Shown: positions 11,512-24,199, counted from the first letter of the whole stretch. The stretch is 63,891 nucleotides of DNA, filler included, from Lama guanicoe (GCA_013239625.1; 83 parts of 82 records of this genome joined end to end with filler, not necessarily neighbours in it), one strand, 5' to 3'. Translations and numbers: made by a program. The notes: generated by a model from the sequence alone, not told the origin.

Positions 11512-12149
11512 NNNNNNNNNNNNNNNNNNNNNNNNNNNNNNNNNNNNNNNNNNNNNNNNNNNNNNNNNTTACCCGGGTAGAGCCCCAGACTCAGATGTTG
11601 GAATAGGGTGGTTTATCAGCCTTGTTTATCTGCAGGGAAATTTCAGTTCCATCCAGATGTTGGCTCCTTCGGTAAAACTCAGGAATAAAATAAGGGTCAG
11701 TGCCAATTAGCAGTTATCTATGGCTTGGCCCAAAATAGACTGTGCGGGGTGTAGAGATGGTAGATGGGCCCTCCCTCTCAAGGTTGGTAGTCTTCTGGGA
11801 TTAGAGGCCCCAGTTGGAGATTACATCCTCATCTACAGTAATGGAGGTTGTGGGAAACATTAGCACAGAGAAGGGAGGGGTGTGGCTGCGGTAACTCATT
11901 AAAGAAGCGAGGACCCTTGCCTGGCTCTTGTGTAGGAGAGTCTCGCCTAGGGTAGGGCAGCAGTTATCAAAGTGTGTCCGAGGCCNNNNNNNNNNNNNNN
12001 NNNNNNNNNNNNNNNNNNNNNNNNNNNNNTTAATTAATTAANNNNNNNNNNNNNNNNNNNNNNNNNNNNNNNNNNNNNNNNNNNNTCCACATTTCTTTCT
12101 CAAGGAAAACCTAGATGAAGTTTTCTCAACACTGACAGTCCCAACTCCA

Positions 12150-12600
12150 TTTTAAGGGAGGAACGAGAAGACACAGATTCAAGTCCTTAAAGGAGCGTTT
12201 GAAGACACCGTCCTTCTGTGGGCAACCTGACAACCAGACCTCTTTCTCCTTTGTGTATAAAAGCAAGGGGCTGTCTTGAGGGTGTTGACCAAATCCACAG
12301 GGGCCTCCGCAGACCTCTAGGTTTTTATAGCCGTGAGCCGGATGCTGTCGCACAGGGAGACTCCCACTGCCTCGGGGTCCTCACGGCCTCTGACCGTTTG
12401 TTATCAACATGTCTCAGTCAGCTGCCTCCCCTCCTAAGATGCCCTTTTGCTCCCTGGTCCTCACAGAGTTGTGTTATGTTGTCTCAACTTCAGCACATAC
12501 ATGCTTCTCCCCTCCGTCAGCAATGAAGTCCCTCGTGGCTGCGTCACACCGAGTGACCACCTCCTGACTCCTGATCACCTACAAGAAGCCCCTCTAAGCA
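12150..12600 (+). mobile_element. pol: Degenerate class I ERV pol (RT connection region)
   Basis: FKSLKERLKTPSFCGQPD and RRPLGFYSREPDAVAQGDSHCLGVLTASDRLL resemble gammaretroviral LK.AL..PPALGLPD and RPVAY.S..LD.VA.G.P.CLRAVAA; frameshifted. Confidence 0.75.
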
Positions 12601-12786
12601 GCCTTTTCACAGTGACTCTCAGGCAGGAGGACTGAGGCTTCCACCTTGTAAGCTGGGAACTTCATGTCTGAGCCCAACAGGAAGAANNNNNNNNNNNNNN
12701 NNNNNNNNNNNNNNNNNNNNNNNNNNNNNNTTAATTAATTAANNNNNNNNNNNNNNNNNNNNNNNNNNNNNNNNNNNNNNNNNNNN

Positions 12787-13561
12787 ACACCTGTGACTAA
12801 AGAGAGCTGCGTGGAGTTTTCTCTCGAGCTCCCCACGGACTGACAATGGTTCCGGAACCCTGAGAGTGGGGAGGTTCCACCAAAGGTCGGCAGCACGTGG
12901 GTTCCAACGGAATGCCTGAGCTGGTCTCCCCTGAGGTTTTTCCGAATGTCTCTCTGCCAGGGAATGCTAGGGGCTTTTGCAGGCAATCCCAGTAACAGAG
13001 GCTGCCTCCCCAAGGTCAGGGAAAGTATTTCTCGGTCTTCCCCGGACAGGGAACACCTGTGACTAAAGAGAGCTGCGTGGAGTTGTCTCTCGAGCTCCCC
13101 CACGCAGTGACAATGTTTCCGAAACCCTGAGCGTGGGGGGTTTCCACCAACGTTCGGCAGCGCGTGGGTTCCAACGGAATGCCTGAGCTGGTCTCCCCTG
13201 AGGTTTTTCCGAATGTCTCTCTGCCAGGGAATGCTAGGGGCTTTTGCAGGCAATCCCAGTAACAGAGGCTGCCTCCCCAAGGTCAGGGAAGGTATTTCTC
13301 GGACTTCCCCGTACAGGGAACAACGATGACTGAAGAAAGCTGCGTGGAGTTGTCTCTCGAGCTCCCCCACGCACTGACAATGGTTCCAGAACACTGAGCG
13401 TGGGGAGGTTCCACCAACAAAAAAGTCGGCAGCGCGTGGGTTCCAACGGAATGCCTGAGCTGGTCTCCCCTGAGGGTTTTCCGAATGTCTCTGTGCCAGG
13501 GAAGGCTTGGGTGGTTTGCAGGCAATCCCAGTGACAGAGGCTGCCACCCCAAAGTCAGGGA
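12787..13561 (+). repeat. Family A satellite, ~3 monomers
   Basis: 89-aa periodicity in the minus-strand ORF equals 267 bp. Confidence 0.95.
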
Positions 13562-13679
13562 NNNNNNNNNNNNNNNNNNNNNNNNNNNNNNNNNNNNNNN
13601 NNNNNTTAATTAATTAANNNNNNNNNNNNNNNNNNNNNNNNNNNNNNNNNNNNNNNNNNNNCAAACACTCAAGAAGCAG

Positions 13680-13805
13680 GCCGTAATTCTCCTATTTTGA
13701 GAGACAAGAATACAGGAGTTGAAAGGGTATATAACTTGACAAAAGTCAGTGGACCAGTAAACTAAAGAGGATGAATTCAAACTCAGATCTGAATGCAGAG
13801 TCTGA
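13680..13805 (-). mobile_element. MIR SINE relic
   Basis: CTCCTATTTTGAGA...TAACTTGACAAAAGTCA...ATTCAAACTCAGATCTG. Confidence 0.55.
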
Positions 13806-14654
13806 TTTTCCCACTCCCAGGGCTCGAAAATCCTTAACTCACAGGCTCCCCAGCACCCCTGCATTGTTCCCGGCACCAAGCATTTCCCATGGCGATGGTC
13901 TCCAGCTCTCAGACACAGCACTTTGTGCAGCCAATAACCTCCATTCGACCTTGATCATCTACCTGCCTTGCCCAACAGGCTTCACCATACAGGCAGGAAA
14001 GCTGGCTTTCAAGTGCATACAAAGCCACCCCTGTTCTGACCTGGCCTCTTCAGTGGCTTTTCCAGCATAAAGGCAGCCATAAAACTGCTCACAGTTTGTA
14101 CATGAGCCACATTACCTCTCTCCATGTGTCTCCCCACCTATACTACTTAGCTGTGACCATTTTGANNNNNNNNNNNNNNNNNNNNNNNNNNNNNNNNNNN
14201 NNNNNNNNNNNNNNNNNNNNNNNNNNNNNNNNNNNNNNNNNNNNNNNNNNNNNNNNNNNNNNNNNNNNNNNNNNNNNNNNNNNNNNNNNNNNNNNNNNNN
14301 NNNNNNNNNNNNNNNNNNNNNNNNNNNNNNNNNNNNNNNNNNNNNNNNNNNNNNNNNNNNNNNNNNNNNNNNNNNNNNNNNNNNNNNNNNNNNNNNNNNN
14401 NNNNNNNNNNNNNNNNNNNNNNNNNNNNNNNNNNNNNNNNNNNNNNNNNNNNNNNNNNNNNNNNNNNNNNNNNNNNNNNNNNNNNNNNNNNNNNNNNNNN
14501 NNNNNNNNNNNNNNNNNNNNNNNNNNNNNNNNNNNNNNNNNNNNNNNNNNNNNNNNNNNNNNNNNNNNNNNNNNNNNNNNNNNNNNNNNNNNNNNNNNNN
14601 NNNNNNNNNNNNNNNNNNNNNNNNNNNNNNNNNNNNNNNNNNNNNNNNNNNNNN

Positions 14655-14866
14655 TCAAATATTATGTAAATTTTTACAATATGTAAGAAATAGCGCTGGA
14701 GTAAGAAAGTAAGATTGACAGAAATAAACCATGAGCTCAAAAAGAGACTCTAGTGTATATAAGTATTTTGTACAGGTGGGATTTCAAATCAAAGAGCAAA
14801 GTATGACTTCAATAATTGTCCTGGGACGATCAGGGAATCACCTGGAAAAAACAAATTCTATTCCTG
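14655..14866 (+). repeat. Multicopy segment (family E, probably ancient L1-derived), copy 1
   Basis: Matches ~59060-59260 and the reverse complement of 39984-40135. Confidence 0.85.
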
Positions 14867-14966
14867 NNNNNNNNNNNNNNNNNNNNNNNNNNNNNNNNNN
14901 NNNNNNNNNNTTAATTAATTAANNNNNNNNNNNNNNNNNNNNNNNNNNNNNNNNNNNNNNNNNNNN

Positions 14967-15784
14967 TGTATTCTGTATTCTATATTATAAATTCTGTGAT
15001 ATACATTCTATATTCCAAATACTATATTCAGTATTCTGTATTCTATGTTCTAAAATCTGTGTTCTGCATTCCATGCTCTAAATACGGGGTTCTATATTCT
15101 CTATTCTATACTCGATAATCTGTGTACTACATTCTATATTCTAAATTGTATATTCAGTATTCCGTATTCTATAACCATAATCCTCAGTTCTGCATTCCTT
15201 TTTCTATATTCTGTGTTCTATATTCTGTATTCTATATTCAAANNNNNNNNNNNNNNNNNNNNNNNNNNNNNNNNNNNNNNNNNNNNNNNNNNNNNNNNNN
15301 NNNNNNNNNNNNNNNNNNNNNNNNNNNNNNNNNNNNNNNNNNNNNNNNNNNNNNNNNNNNNNNNNNNNNNNNNNNNNNNNNNNNNNNNNNNNNNNNNNNN
15401 NNNNNNNNNNNNNNNNNNNNNNNNNNNNNNNNNNNNNNNNNNNNNNNNNNNNNNNNNNNNNNNNNNNNNNNNNNNNNNNNNNNNNNNNNNNNNNNNNNNN
15501 NNNNNNTCTATATTCAATGTGTTCTTCATTCTGTATTCTAAATTCTATATTCTGCATTCCGTATTCTATATTCTACATTCTCTGTTCTACAATCTATATT
15601 GTAAATTCTATATTCAGTATTCTGTATTCTATATTCTAAATTCAGTGTTATGCATTCCATGTTATAATTTCTGTGTTCTATATTCTATATTCTGTGTTTT
15701 ACATTCTATATTCAGTATTATGTATTCTATAGTCCAAAATATGTGTTCTACATTCCATGTTTAAATTTTGTGTTCTATATTCTC
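14967..15784 (+). repeat. Family B heptamer satellite
   Basis: TTCNNNN tandem array. Confidence 0.95.
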
Positions 15785-16678
15785 NNNNNNNNNNNNNNNN
15801 NNNNNNNNNNNNNNNNNNNNNNNNNNNNTTAATTAATTAANNNNNNNNNNNNNNNNNNNNNNNNNNNNNNNNNNNNNNNNNNNNTTTCTCCCCCAAGACA
15901 CAAAGATAATAATTGGTAAAGGCAAGATTTGAATTAATCTGACTGATTCTAAAAGCTAAGGTGGAAATCCCCTTTGACTTTGGAGGTACAGCAGCACAAC
16001 CTAACACCCTATCTTTGTTCAGATCTAGCTTTAGACAGCCTGAGACAGCACCCCATTCCTATGGAACTCGAGGGCAAACAATAACAATAAGGGTTTTATA
16101 TTCAGTATTTTCTTAAGTCTCAATTATATAAAGTGTCAGCAGATCAGTAGAAAACTCTGGGAAATGTGAGTGGGTCCAGAGCTTTTCGCTGATAAGAAAC
16201 TCATTCGATCAGGACAGAGTGACCTTCCCATGAGAGGCCTCATGTACATAAACTAAAGGCAGCTGAGCAATGAAAACTAGCAAGAACATGGAACTCAAGC
16301 AAGAAGGATGCCTGCTATCCCCTGCCCAGTTGCCTCTTCACCCACGTGGACAAGATGGCAGAAGATCCAGGTTCTTGTCCAAGTGACAACATAATGGATT
16401 CTCACCCATGAAATGTTATGACTCTATGCTGTCTTAAGTCCTTTCCAACTAAAATATGATGACACCAATATCTCAGCAGAATGTCTATGTCTCCACTTTC
16501 TCTCTTCTATTAGGAGACTATATCTATGGCTACAAAGCATACAAAGCAGAAATTCAATTAAAAACACCATGCACGAAGCCTGGTGAACGTCTGTGTAAGA
16601 GACACTGTTCTCACGCTCAGTGAGTGAAAACTCAGAAAAAGTGGTCCTTCTCCTACTGCAAGTGGGAGGTAGCCTGAT

Positions 16679-16716
16679 TGTGTGTGTGTGTGTGTGTGTG
16701 CACACGCGTGTGTGTG
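16679..16716 (+). repeat. (TG)n microsatellite, interrupted
   Basis: Direct TG run. Confidence 0.9.
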
Positions 16717-17664
16717 TAAATCAAATACAATGTATTCTGGGATTTGCACAGATTTTTTTTATGTTGCTATTATTTCGTGAGAATGAGCCTACCTTTAAAT
16801 TAATTTGAATCTATTATTCTGAGAGAATCTCAGGCTCTTTTGGTGGAGGTTGGGAAAGGGGAAAGGAAAGGAGGAAAGAANNNNNNNNNNNNNNNNNNNN
16901 NNNNNNNNNNNNNNNNNNNNNNNNTTAATTAATTAANNNNNNNNNNNNNNNNNNNNNNNNNNNNNNNNNNNNNNNNNNNNTGGAAAGTGTTACTACATTC
17001 ATGAAATGCAGTAAAAGAAGGTACAAGGCTTGGTAGGTTTATTTATTTCAGTCACACTGGTTTTAGTGCTAGTACCTGTCATTTTGCCAGTCTGCTCAGT
17101 TTTCCTTTGTAAGTAGAAGATAGCTCTCCTTACAAGTCTTTTTTCAAAAATACTCTAAAAAAAAGGAAGTAGATGTTAATTCCTGATGATGGAATTAATG
17201 CAGTCCTGTTGAAAAAGAAATTAGTAATCCAATATGAACTTATGAAATAGGAAGTTAAAAGTACTCAAAATTTTAGCATCTAGAAATAATCACTATTAAC
17301 ATATTGGTGTACATTCTTCTAAATTTTTCCTTATGCCTATGTGTATATGATTTTGTTTTTTTCCAGAAATAAAATCACATCAATTAATCATTTAAATGAA
17401 TAAAGACCTCTCTGACTCTTAGTTTGAAAAAGGAATTCAACCCAATCAATGATCTGTTATATTTTTTTTCTTGTATGTAGCGCCAAAGGATAAAACTAAA
17501 ACAATTTAGTTACCATGTTTGATGTCTTTANNNNNNNNNNNNNNNNNNNNNNNNNNNNNNNNNNNNNNNNNNNNTTAATTAATTAANNNNNNNNNNNNNN
17601 NNNNNNNNNNNNNNNNNNNNNNNNNNNNNNCATGGTAGTAGGAAGAAAAAAGAAAAAGTCTCCA

Positions 17665-18054
17665 CTAAACAACACAAATATAAGCTTGAAGTGTTCTTGA
17701 ATGCAGAAGCCTGCTGAAGTCAAAGTATTGGCAGGGCTGTTTCTGAAGGCCTCAGGGGAACCTGTAACTTTGACTTTTCTGGCTGCCAGAGGCCACCAGC
17801 ATCTCTTGGCCTGTGATCTCTTTTCTCTCTCTAAAGGTCAGTATGGTTATGTGTCTCTGACTCTGATCCTGTGGTCACATGTCCTCTCCTCTCTCTCCTC
17901 TTCTGCCTCCTTCGTCCTCCTTTAACGACCCTGGTGATTACACTGGGCCCACATCTATAATCCAGCTGGTCTTTCTTAGAGTCGGCTGGTTAGCAACCTA
18001 AACCACATCTGCAACCATAGGCCCCCTTTGCCAGGGAACCTGAACTCTTCATAT
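17665..18054. mobile_element. MLT1-type ERVL-MaLR LTR
   Basis: AAGTATTGGCAGGGCTG...GGTGATTACACTGGGCCCAC...TAATCCAG...TTAGCAACCTAAACCACATCTGCAA. Confidence 0.75.
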
Positions 18055-18154
18055 NNNNNNNNNNNNNNNNNNNNNNNNNNNNNNNNNNNNNNNNNNNNTT
18101 AATTAATTAANNNNNNNNNNNNNNNNNNNNNNNNNNNNNNNNNNNNNNNNNNNN

Positions 18155-18616
18155 TGCACCCCAATGTTCATAGCAGCACTATTTACAATAGCCATGACAT
18201 GGAGACTGCCTAAATGTCCATCAACGGATAACTGGATAAAGAAGAAGTGGTATATTTATACAATGGAATACTACTCAGCCATAAAAACCGACAACATAAT
18301 GCCATTTGCAGCAACATGGATGCTCCTGGAGAATGTCATTCTAAGTGAAGAAAGCCAGAAAGAAAGAATACCATATAAGATTGCTCATATGTGGAATTAA
18401 AAAAAAAAAAGCATAAATACAAAACAGAAAGAGGCTCTTAGACATAGAATACAAACTTGTGGTTGCCAAAGGGGTGGAGGGTGGGAAGGGATTGACGGGA
18501 TTTCAAAATTGTAGAATAGATAAACAAGATTATACTGTATAGCACAGGGAAATAACAGAGAAAAAAGTGTGACAATGAATAAATGTATGTTCATGTATAA
18601 CTGAAAAATTGTGCTC
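18155..18616 (+). mobile_element. Relatively young L1 ORF2 C-terminus and 3'UTR
   Basis: MFIAALFTIA.TW..PKCPSTD.WIKK.WYIYTMEYYSAIK. Confidence 0.95.
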
Positions 18617-18716
18617 NNNNNNNNNNNNNNNNNNNNNNNNNNNNNNNNNNNNNNNNNNNNTTAATTAATTAANNNNNNNNNNNNNNNNNNNNNNNNNNNN
18701 NNNNNNNNNNNNNNNN

Positions 18717-19533
18717 AGTTTGTTTGGGGTCCGGGGTGTCTTGAAGATTGCATTGTTTTGCTAGTGGGCAGGGCCAGAGCCCAGCTGGCCCCAGGGCAGG
18801 GTCTGGCCTGTGTTGCGGGGTTGTAGTTTTCTTCTGGTGTCTGTCCCCTGGGGCGTGACACTGTTCTAGAGGCTTGAGCAGGCTTCCTGGCGGGAGAGCT
18901 GGTACTGCCCTCTGGTAGGTGGAACTGGGTGTCTGCCCTCAAGTGGGCAGGGCCATGCCTAGGGGCATGTCTAGAGGCAGCTGTGGGCCTTAGAAGTCCA
19001 AGGCAGCCTGTCTGCCGATGGGTGGGGCTGTATTCCCNNNNNNNNNNNNNNNNNNNNNNNNNNNNNNNNNNNNNNNNNNNNNNNNNNNNNNNNNNNNNNN
19101 NNNNNNNNNNNNNNNNNNNNNNNNNNNNNNNNNNNNNNNNNNNNNNNNNNNNNNNNNNNNNNNNNNNNNNNNNNNNNNNNNNNNNNNNNNNNNNNNNNNN
19201 NNNNNNNNNNNNNNNNNNNNNNNNNNNNNNNNNNNNNNNNNNNNNNNNNNNNNNNNNNNNNNNNNNCCCACGCTTCTATCAGGTTACTGCTTTTGCCCTG
19301 GGTCCTGGCGGGCGTGAGGTTTTGTGTGTGCCCTGTAAGAGTGGAGTCTCTGTCTCCCCCAGCCACAAGGGGCTCCCGCAGGAACGGCCTGCTGGCCTTC
19401 AAAGCCGAACGGTCTGAGGGCTCGTCTTCCTGGTGCTGGGCCCCCGAGCTGGGGAAGCTGATGTGGAGCTCGAAGCTCGCATCGGCCTTGTAATTTTCCT
19501 CTAGTTTGGGGGTCGCCCACCCGGGGTGGTATG
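18717..19533 (-). mobile_element. Probable L1 5' region, antisense
   Basis: TTACTGCTTTTGCCCTGGGTCC...TTTTGTGTGTGCCCTGTAAGAGTGGAGTCTCTG resembles antisense laurasiatherian L1 5' sequence (from memory). Confidence 0.6.
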
Positions 19534-19633
19534 NNNNNNNNNNNNNNNNNNNNNNNNNNNNNNNNNNNNNNNNNNNNTTAATTAATTAANNNNNNNNNNN
19601 NNNNNNNNNNNNNNNNNNNNNNNNNNNNNNNNN

Positions 19634-20685
19634 CTTTCAAACACATTTATCTCTCAGAACTGAGCATGTGGAGAGAAGTTCGTTAAACCAGCACAAAGTG
19701 AACGGGTTGGAGGAGAAACACTTACTCTGGTTTCTCAGTCTGTTTCCTAGTGCTGGTTTGAAGTGCCTGCCATTTTCACAGAAAAACCGAGATGGAGCTT
19801 TTTCCTCCACTATATAATTATGGAGTGGGTTTGCAACTGAAAATAAACTTTGTGTTCCNNNNNNNNNNNNNNNNNNNNNNNNNNNNNNNNNNNNNNNNNN
19901 NNNNNNNNNNNNNNNNNNNNNNNNNNNNNNNNNNNNNNNNNNNNNNNNNNNNNNNNNNNNNNNNNNNNNNNNNNNNNNNNNNNNNNNNNNNNNNNNNNNN
20001 NNNNNNNNNNNNNNNNNNNNNNNNNNNNNNNNNNNNNNNNNNNNNNNNNNNNNNNNNNNNNNNNNNNNNNNNNNNNNNNNNNNNNNNNNNNNNNNNNNNN
20101 NNNNNNNNNNNNNNNNNNNNNNNNNNNNNNNNNNNNNNNNNNNNNNNNNNNNNNNNNNNNNNNNNNNNNNNNNNNNNNNNNNNNNNNNNNNNNNNNNNNN
20201 NNNNCACAAAGGGAATGGTTTCCAGGAGAACCATTTTCTCTGGATTCTCAGCCTGTTTCCTGGTGCCGATTTGAAGTGCCTGCCGTTTTCACTGTAAATC
20301 CGAGTTGGGGCTTGTACATCCAAATATATGTGTATAGAATGGGTTTTGAAACCAAAAGAAATTTTGGGTTCCCTTCAAGCAAGGTGAAGGGCGGCATTCA
20401 CACACACTTATCTCTGAGAACTGAGCATGTGGAGAGACGTTCGTTCATCCAGCACAAAGGGAACGGGTTGCAGGTGAAACACTTACTCTGGTTTCTCAGT
20501 CTGTTTCCTAGTGCCGGTTTGAAGTGCCTGTTTTTTCACTGTAAAACAGAGTTGGAGCTTCTTCCTCCCCATACATATATATGGAGAGGGGTTTGCAACG
20601 AAAAGAAACTTTGTGTTCACATAAATCTAGTTGATTGACGGCTTTCACACACAATTATCTCTGAGAACTGAGCATGTGGAGAGAC
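19634..20685 (+). repeat. Family C ~248-bp satellite
   Basis: CTGAGCATGTGGAGA at 20421 and 20668 (period 247). Confidence 0.93.
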
Positions 20686-20785
20686 NNNNNNNNNNNNNNN
20701 NNNNNNNNNNNNNNNNNNNNNNNNNNNNNTTAATTAATTAANNNNNNNNNNNNNNNNNNNNNNNNNNNNNNNNNNNNNNNNNNNN

Positions 20786-21153
20786 GTTGTAGTTGTAATG
20801 AAGTTCAAAACACAGCCATTTGCTTCAGTGTAGCAGTTTTGAGAGTGCCCGTTGACAGTGGTCACCTGATTTAAAATAGCACGTTGATCTTCTGCAATTT
20901 GTTCTGGTGGTCTTACTGACATTGATGATGGAGGAGAAAAATCACCTCTGATTGGGTTATTTATATCACCTATTATGTGGCTAGTTGAGGGCTTCCTTAT
21001 TAGAGGCATGTTTAAATTTGTAGAAAGTAAAAATGCACATTCTCCACTAGTGTCAGCCAGAAAAATACAATTATTATTATCCACATTACACCCTGCTTTA
21101 AAGTGATTTTTGGAATGACAATGAAGATAACAGAGAGGCATTTTTAATCTCAC
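20786..21153 (-). other. Unidentified open frame (~123 real codons); candidate large-exon or pseudogene fragment
   Basis: Stop-free in AT-rich non-repetitive DNA and Ser/Asn/Cys/Thr-rich; the frame closes shortly upstream. Confidence 0.3.
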
Positions 21154-21306
21154 CTCCTCTTTTTATTCTCACTAACAGCTGGGGACAGACTCGTTTAAAA
21201 TTTGGANNNNNNNNNNNNNNNNNNNNNNNNNNNNNNNNNNNNNNNNNNNNTTAATTAATTAANNNNNNNNNNNNNNNNNNNNNNNNNNNNNNNNNNNNNN
21301 NNNNNN

Positions 21307-21750
21307 TAAAGCAAGAAAAAAAACTGAGGGGATTTTCTACTGAAAAATTTCCCCTGACTCAAACTAATAGAGAACAAATCTGATGCCACATTGGATCTGT
21401 TCCTTTAGTTTGAAGCACTGTGCCCTGTTTTCCAGGCTTAATCTTGCTGGCTCTGCACCTTTTGTAAAACAACATTGCCTTTAGCCTAAAACCTACAGAA
21501 AAGCCTATTCTTGGGGCTCTGACCTTTAATGATGTTAGAACTTCTGCACTTATGCAGGGATGGCAAGTTGCAAAATAGAGAATAACCTTTGTTTTGTTGG
21601 AGGTTTACAGGGACACCACAGCCTGACCCACATGGACGGCTGCAAGAACAAAGAATGCCTGCAGCAAGAAGTTTGCACAGCCAACCACACACACACCCCC
21701 ACCCCATTTTAGCTTAAAAGTGGCCTGAATTCTGACTTGGGCAAGATGAT
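21307..21750 (+). mobile_element. ERV1-type LTR fragment
   Basis: AGCCTATTCT.GGGGCTCTGACCTTT...GTTGGAGGTTTACAGG...GCTGCAAGAACAAAG resembles artiodactyl ERV1 LTRs (from memory). Confidence 0.6.
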
Positions 21751-21850
21751 NNNNNNNNNNNNNNNNNNNNNNNNNNNNNNNNNNNNNNNNNNNNTTAATT
21801 AATTAANNNNNNNNNNNNNNNNNNNNNNNNNNNNNNNNNNNNNNNNNNNN

Positions 21851-22487
21851 CCAGTGACAGAGGCTGCCTCCCCAAGGTCAGGGAAGGTTTTTCGCGGACA
21901 TTCCAGTGCAGGGAAAACCTGTGACTGAAGAGAGCTGCGTGGAGTTGTCTCTCGAGCTCCCCCACTCAATGACAATGTTTCCGGAATCCTGAGCGTGGGA
22001 AGGTTCCACCAACGGTCGGCAGCGCGTGGGTTCTAAGGGAATACCTGTGCTCGTCTCCCCTGAGGTTTTCCTCATGTCTCTGTGCCAGGGATTGATAGGG
22101 TGGGTTGCAGGAAATCCCAGTGACAGAGGCTGCCCCCCAAAGTCAGGGAAGTTATTTCTCGGACTTCCCCGAGCTGGGAACATCTGTGACTGAAGAGAGC
22201 TGCGTGGTGTTGTCTCTCGAGATCCCCCACTCAATGACAATGTTTCCGGAATCCCGAGCGTGGGGAGGTTCCACCAACGGTCGGCAGCGCGTGGGTTCTA
22301 ACGGAATGCCTGTGCTCGTCTCCCCTGAGGGTTTTCCTCATCTCTCTGTGCCAGGGAATACTAGGGGCGGTTGCAGGAAATCCCAGTGACAGAGGCTGCC
22401 TCCCCAAGGTCAGGGAAGATTTTTCGCGGACATTCCCGTCCAGGGAAAACCTGTGACTGAAGAGAGCTGCGTGGAGTTGTCTCTCGA
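21851..22487 (+). repeat. Family A satellite with alternating monomer types
   Basis: The CGCGGACATT variant recurs at 21893 and 22425 (532 bp apart). Confidence 0.95.
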
Positions 22488-23130
22488 NNNNNNNNNNNNN
22501 NNNNNNNNNNNNNNNNNNNNNNNNNNNNNNNTTAATTAATTAANNNNNNNNNNNNNNNNNNNNNNNNNNNNNNNNNNNNNNNNNNNNGCCACTAAACGGA
22601 CCAATTCCTTAACCCCTGTGAGAAGGCTTCCCAATCCGCAAAGCGGGGCTGCCACCGCCCACCTGGGAGGCATGGATGTGAATGCAACATGCAAGTAGGG
22701 CGGCCGACTGGTACCTGACACGGGGCCTGGCTAGTTTCCCTCCGCTGACCTTCTCCCCTTTTAAACTTGCACTGTTCCCCCTGGTAAGGGTGAAGCCCCC
22801 GGAACAGACTGCCCGTATCTTCTGTGTATCCCCGGATACATGCCTTACCCTTAGGAGGCCAGAAAAACTGCCTCGTCCCCAGTCACTATCAATGTTCTTA
22901 AAATTCTGGGTATTTTTAACTGTATTTTTCAATGAGACTATTCCAGAAATTTCCAAGCACCATTTTAGCTCCCCTGCCAGAGCCCATCCCTTCTCAATTC
23001 AGATACCCTTTATGATTGCCTTCTGTTCATNNNNNNNNNNNNNNNNNNNNNNNNNNNNNNNNNNNNNNNNNNNNTTAATTAATTAANNNNNNNNNNNNNN
23101 NNNNNNNNNNNNNNNNNNNNNNNNNNNNNN

Positions 23131-23519
23131 TCTCAGGATGCCGGAAACATTTTCAGTGCGTGGGGTAGCTCGATAGACATCTCTACGCAGCTCTCTTCAG
23201 TCACAAGTGTTCCCTGTTTGGGGAAGTCCGAGAAATACATTCCCTGACCTTGGGGAGGCAGCCTCTGTCACTGGGATACCTTTAGAACCCACGCGCTGCC
23301 GACCGTTGGTGGAACCTCCCCACGCTCAGGATTCCGGAAGCATTTTCAGGGCGTGGGGGAGCTCGAGAGACAACTCCACGCAGCTCTCTTCAGTCACAGG
23401 TGTTCCCTCTTCGGGGAAGTCCGAGAAATACCTTCCATGAATTTTGGGAGGCAGCCTCTGTCACTGGGACATCCTGCAAACCCCCCCAAGCATTCCCTGG
23501 CACAGAGACATTAGGAAAA
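23131..23519 (-). repeat. Family A satellite
   Basis: Reverse complement of the monomer, with an internal deletion near 23278. Confidence 0.93.
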
Positions 23520-24199
23520 NNNNNNNNNNNNNNNNNNNNNNNNNNNNNNNNNNNNNNNNNNNNTTAATTAATTAANNNNNNNNNNNNNNNNNNNNNNNNN
23601 NNNNNNNNNNNNNNNNNNNCAGTGGTTTCCCTCCATATAGACCACACTGTCATCTCCTGTTCATCCTCCAATGTCACCTCCTCAGGGAGGACGTCCTGAG
23701 CTGCTCCCAAGTAGGGTGGGCGCCCTCGCTCTACCCTCCAAATGCCTGTCTTTCCAGCTGGACTCTTTAACGTCTAAGCACACAGGGCATATTTGACTTG
23801 ATCACTTAGGCCTCCCCCTGCCTGGTGGATATCATGTGCCAAATGAACATCATTTGAGTTAAAAAATTAACACACCTCCCCAAAGTGTCGATAGGGAGAA
23901 CTGTATGTTTCTAGTGGGCTGAAANNNNNNNNNNNNNNNNNNNNNNNNNNNNNNNNNNNNNNNNNNNNNNNNNTTTTGCCTTTATGCAATGTACCTTGCT
24001 TACGAATAGATTATTCTTCAAATGTTTGATGGATATTATGTGAAGACTTAAACTAATTCAGAGGTCAAAAATTGGTCATNNNNNNNNNNNNNNNNNNNNN
24101 NNNNNNNNNNNNNNNNNNNNNNNTTAATTAATTAANNNNNNNNNNNNNNNNNNNNNNNNNNNNNNNNNNNNNNNNNNNNGGCTGGGCGCTCCGCTTCCT

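Noticed and set aside
11155..11710. Overlapping ORFs in the CpG island
   Set aside because: Stop-poor frames are expected in GC-rich DNA, and no protein is recognisable.
14967..15784. Heat-shock-element array in the TTC/GAA-rich satellite
   Set aside because: Units are direct repeats with a 7-bp period, not alternating inverted nGAAn pentamers.
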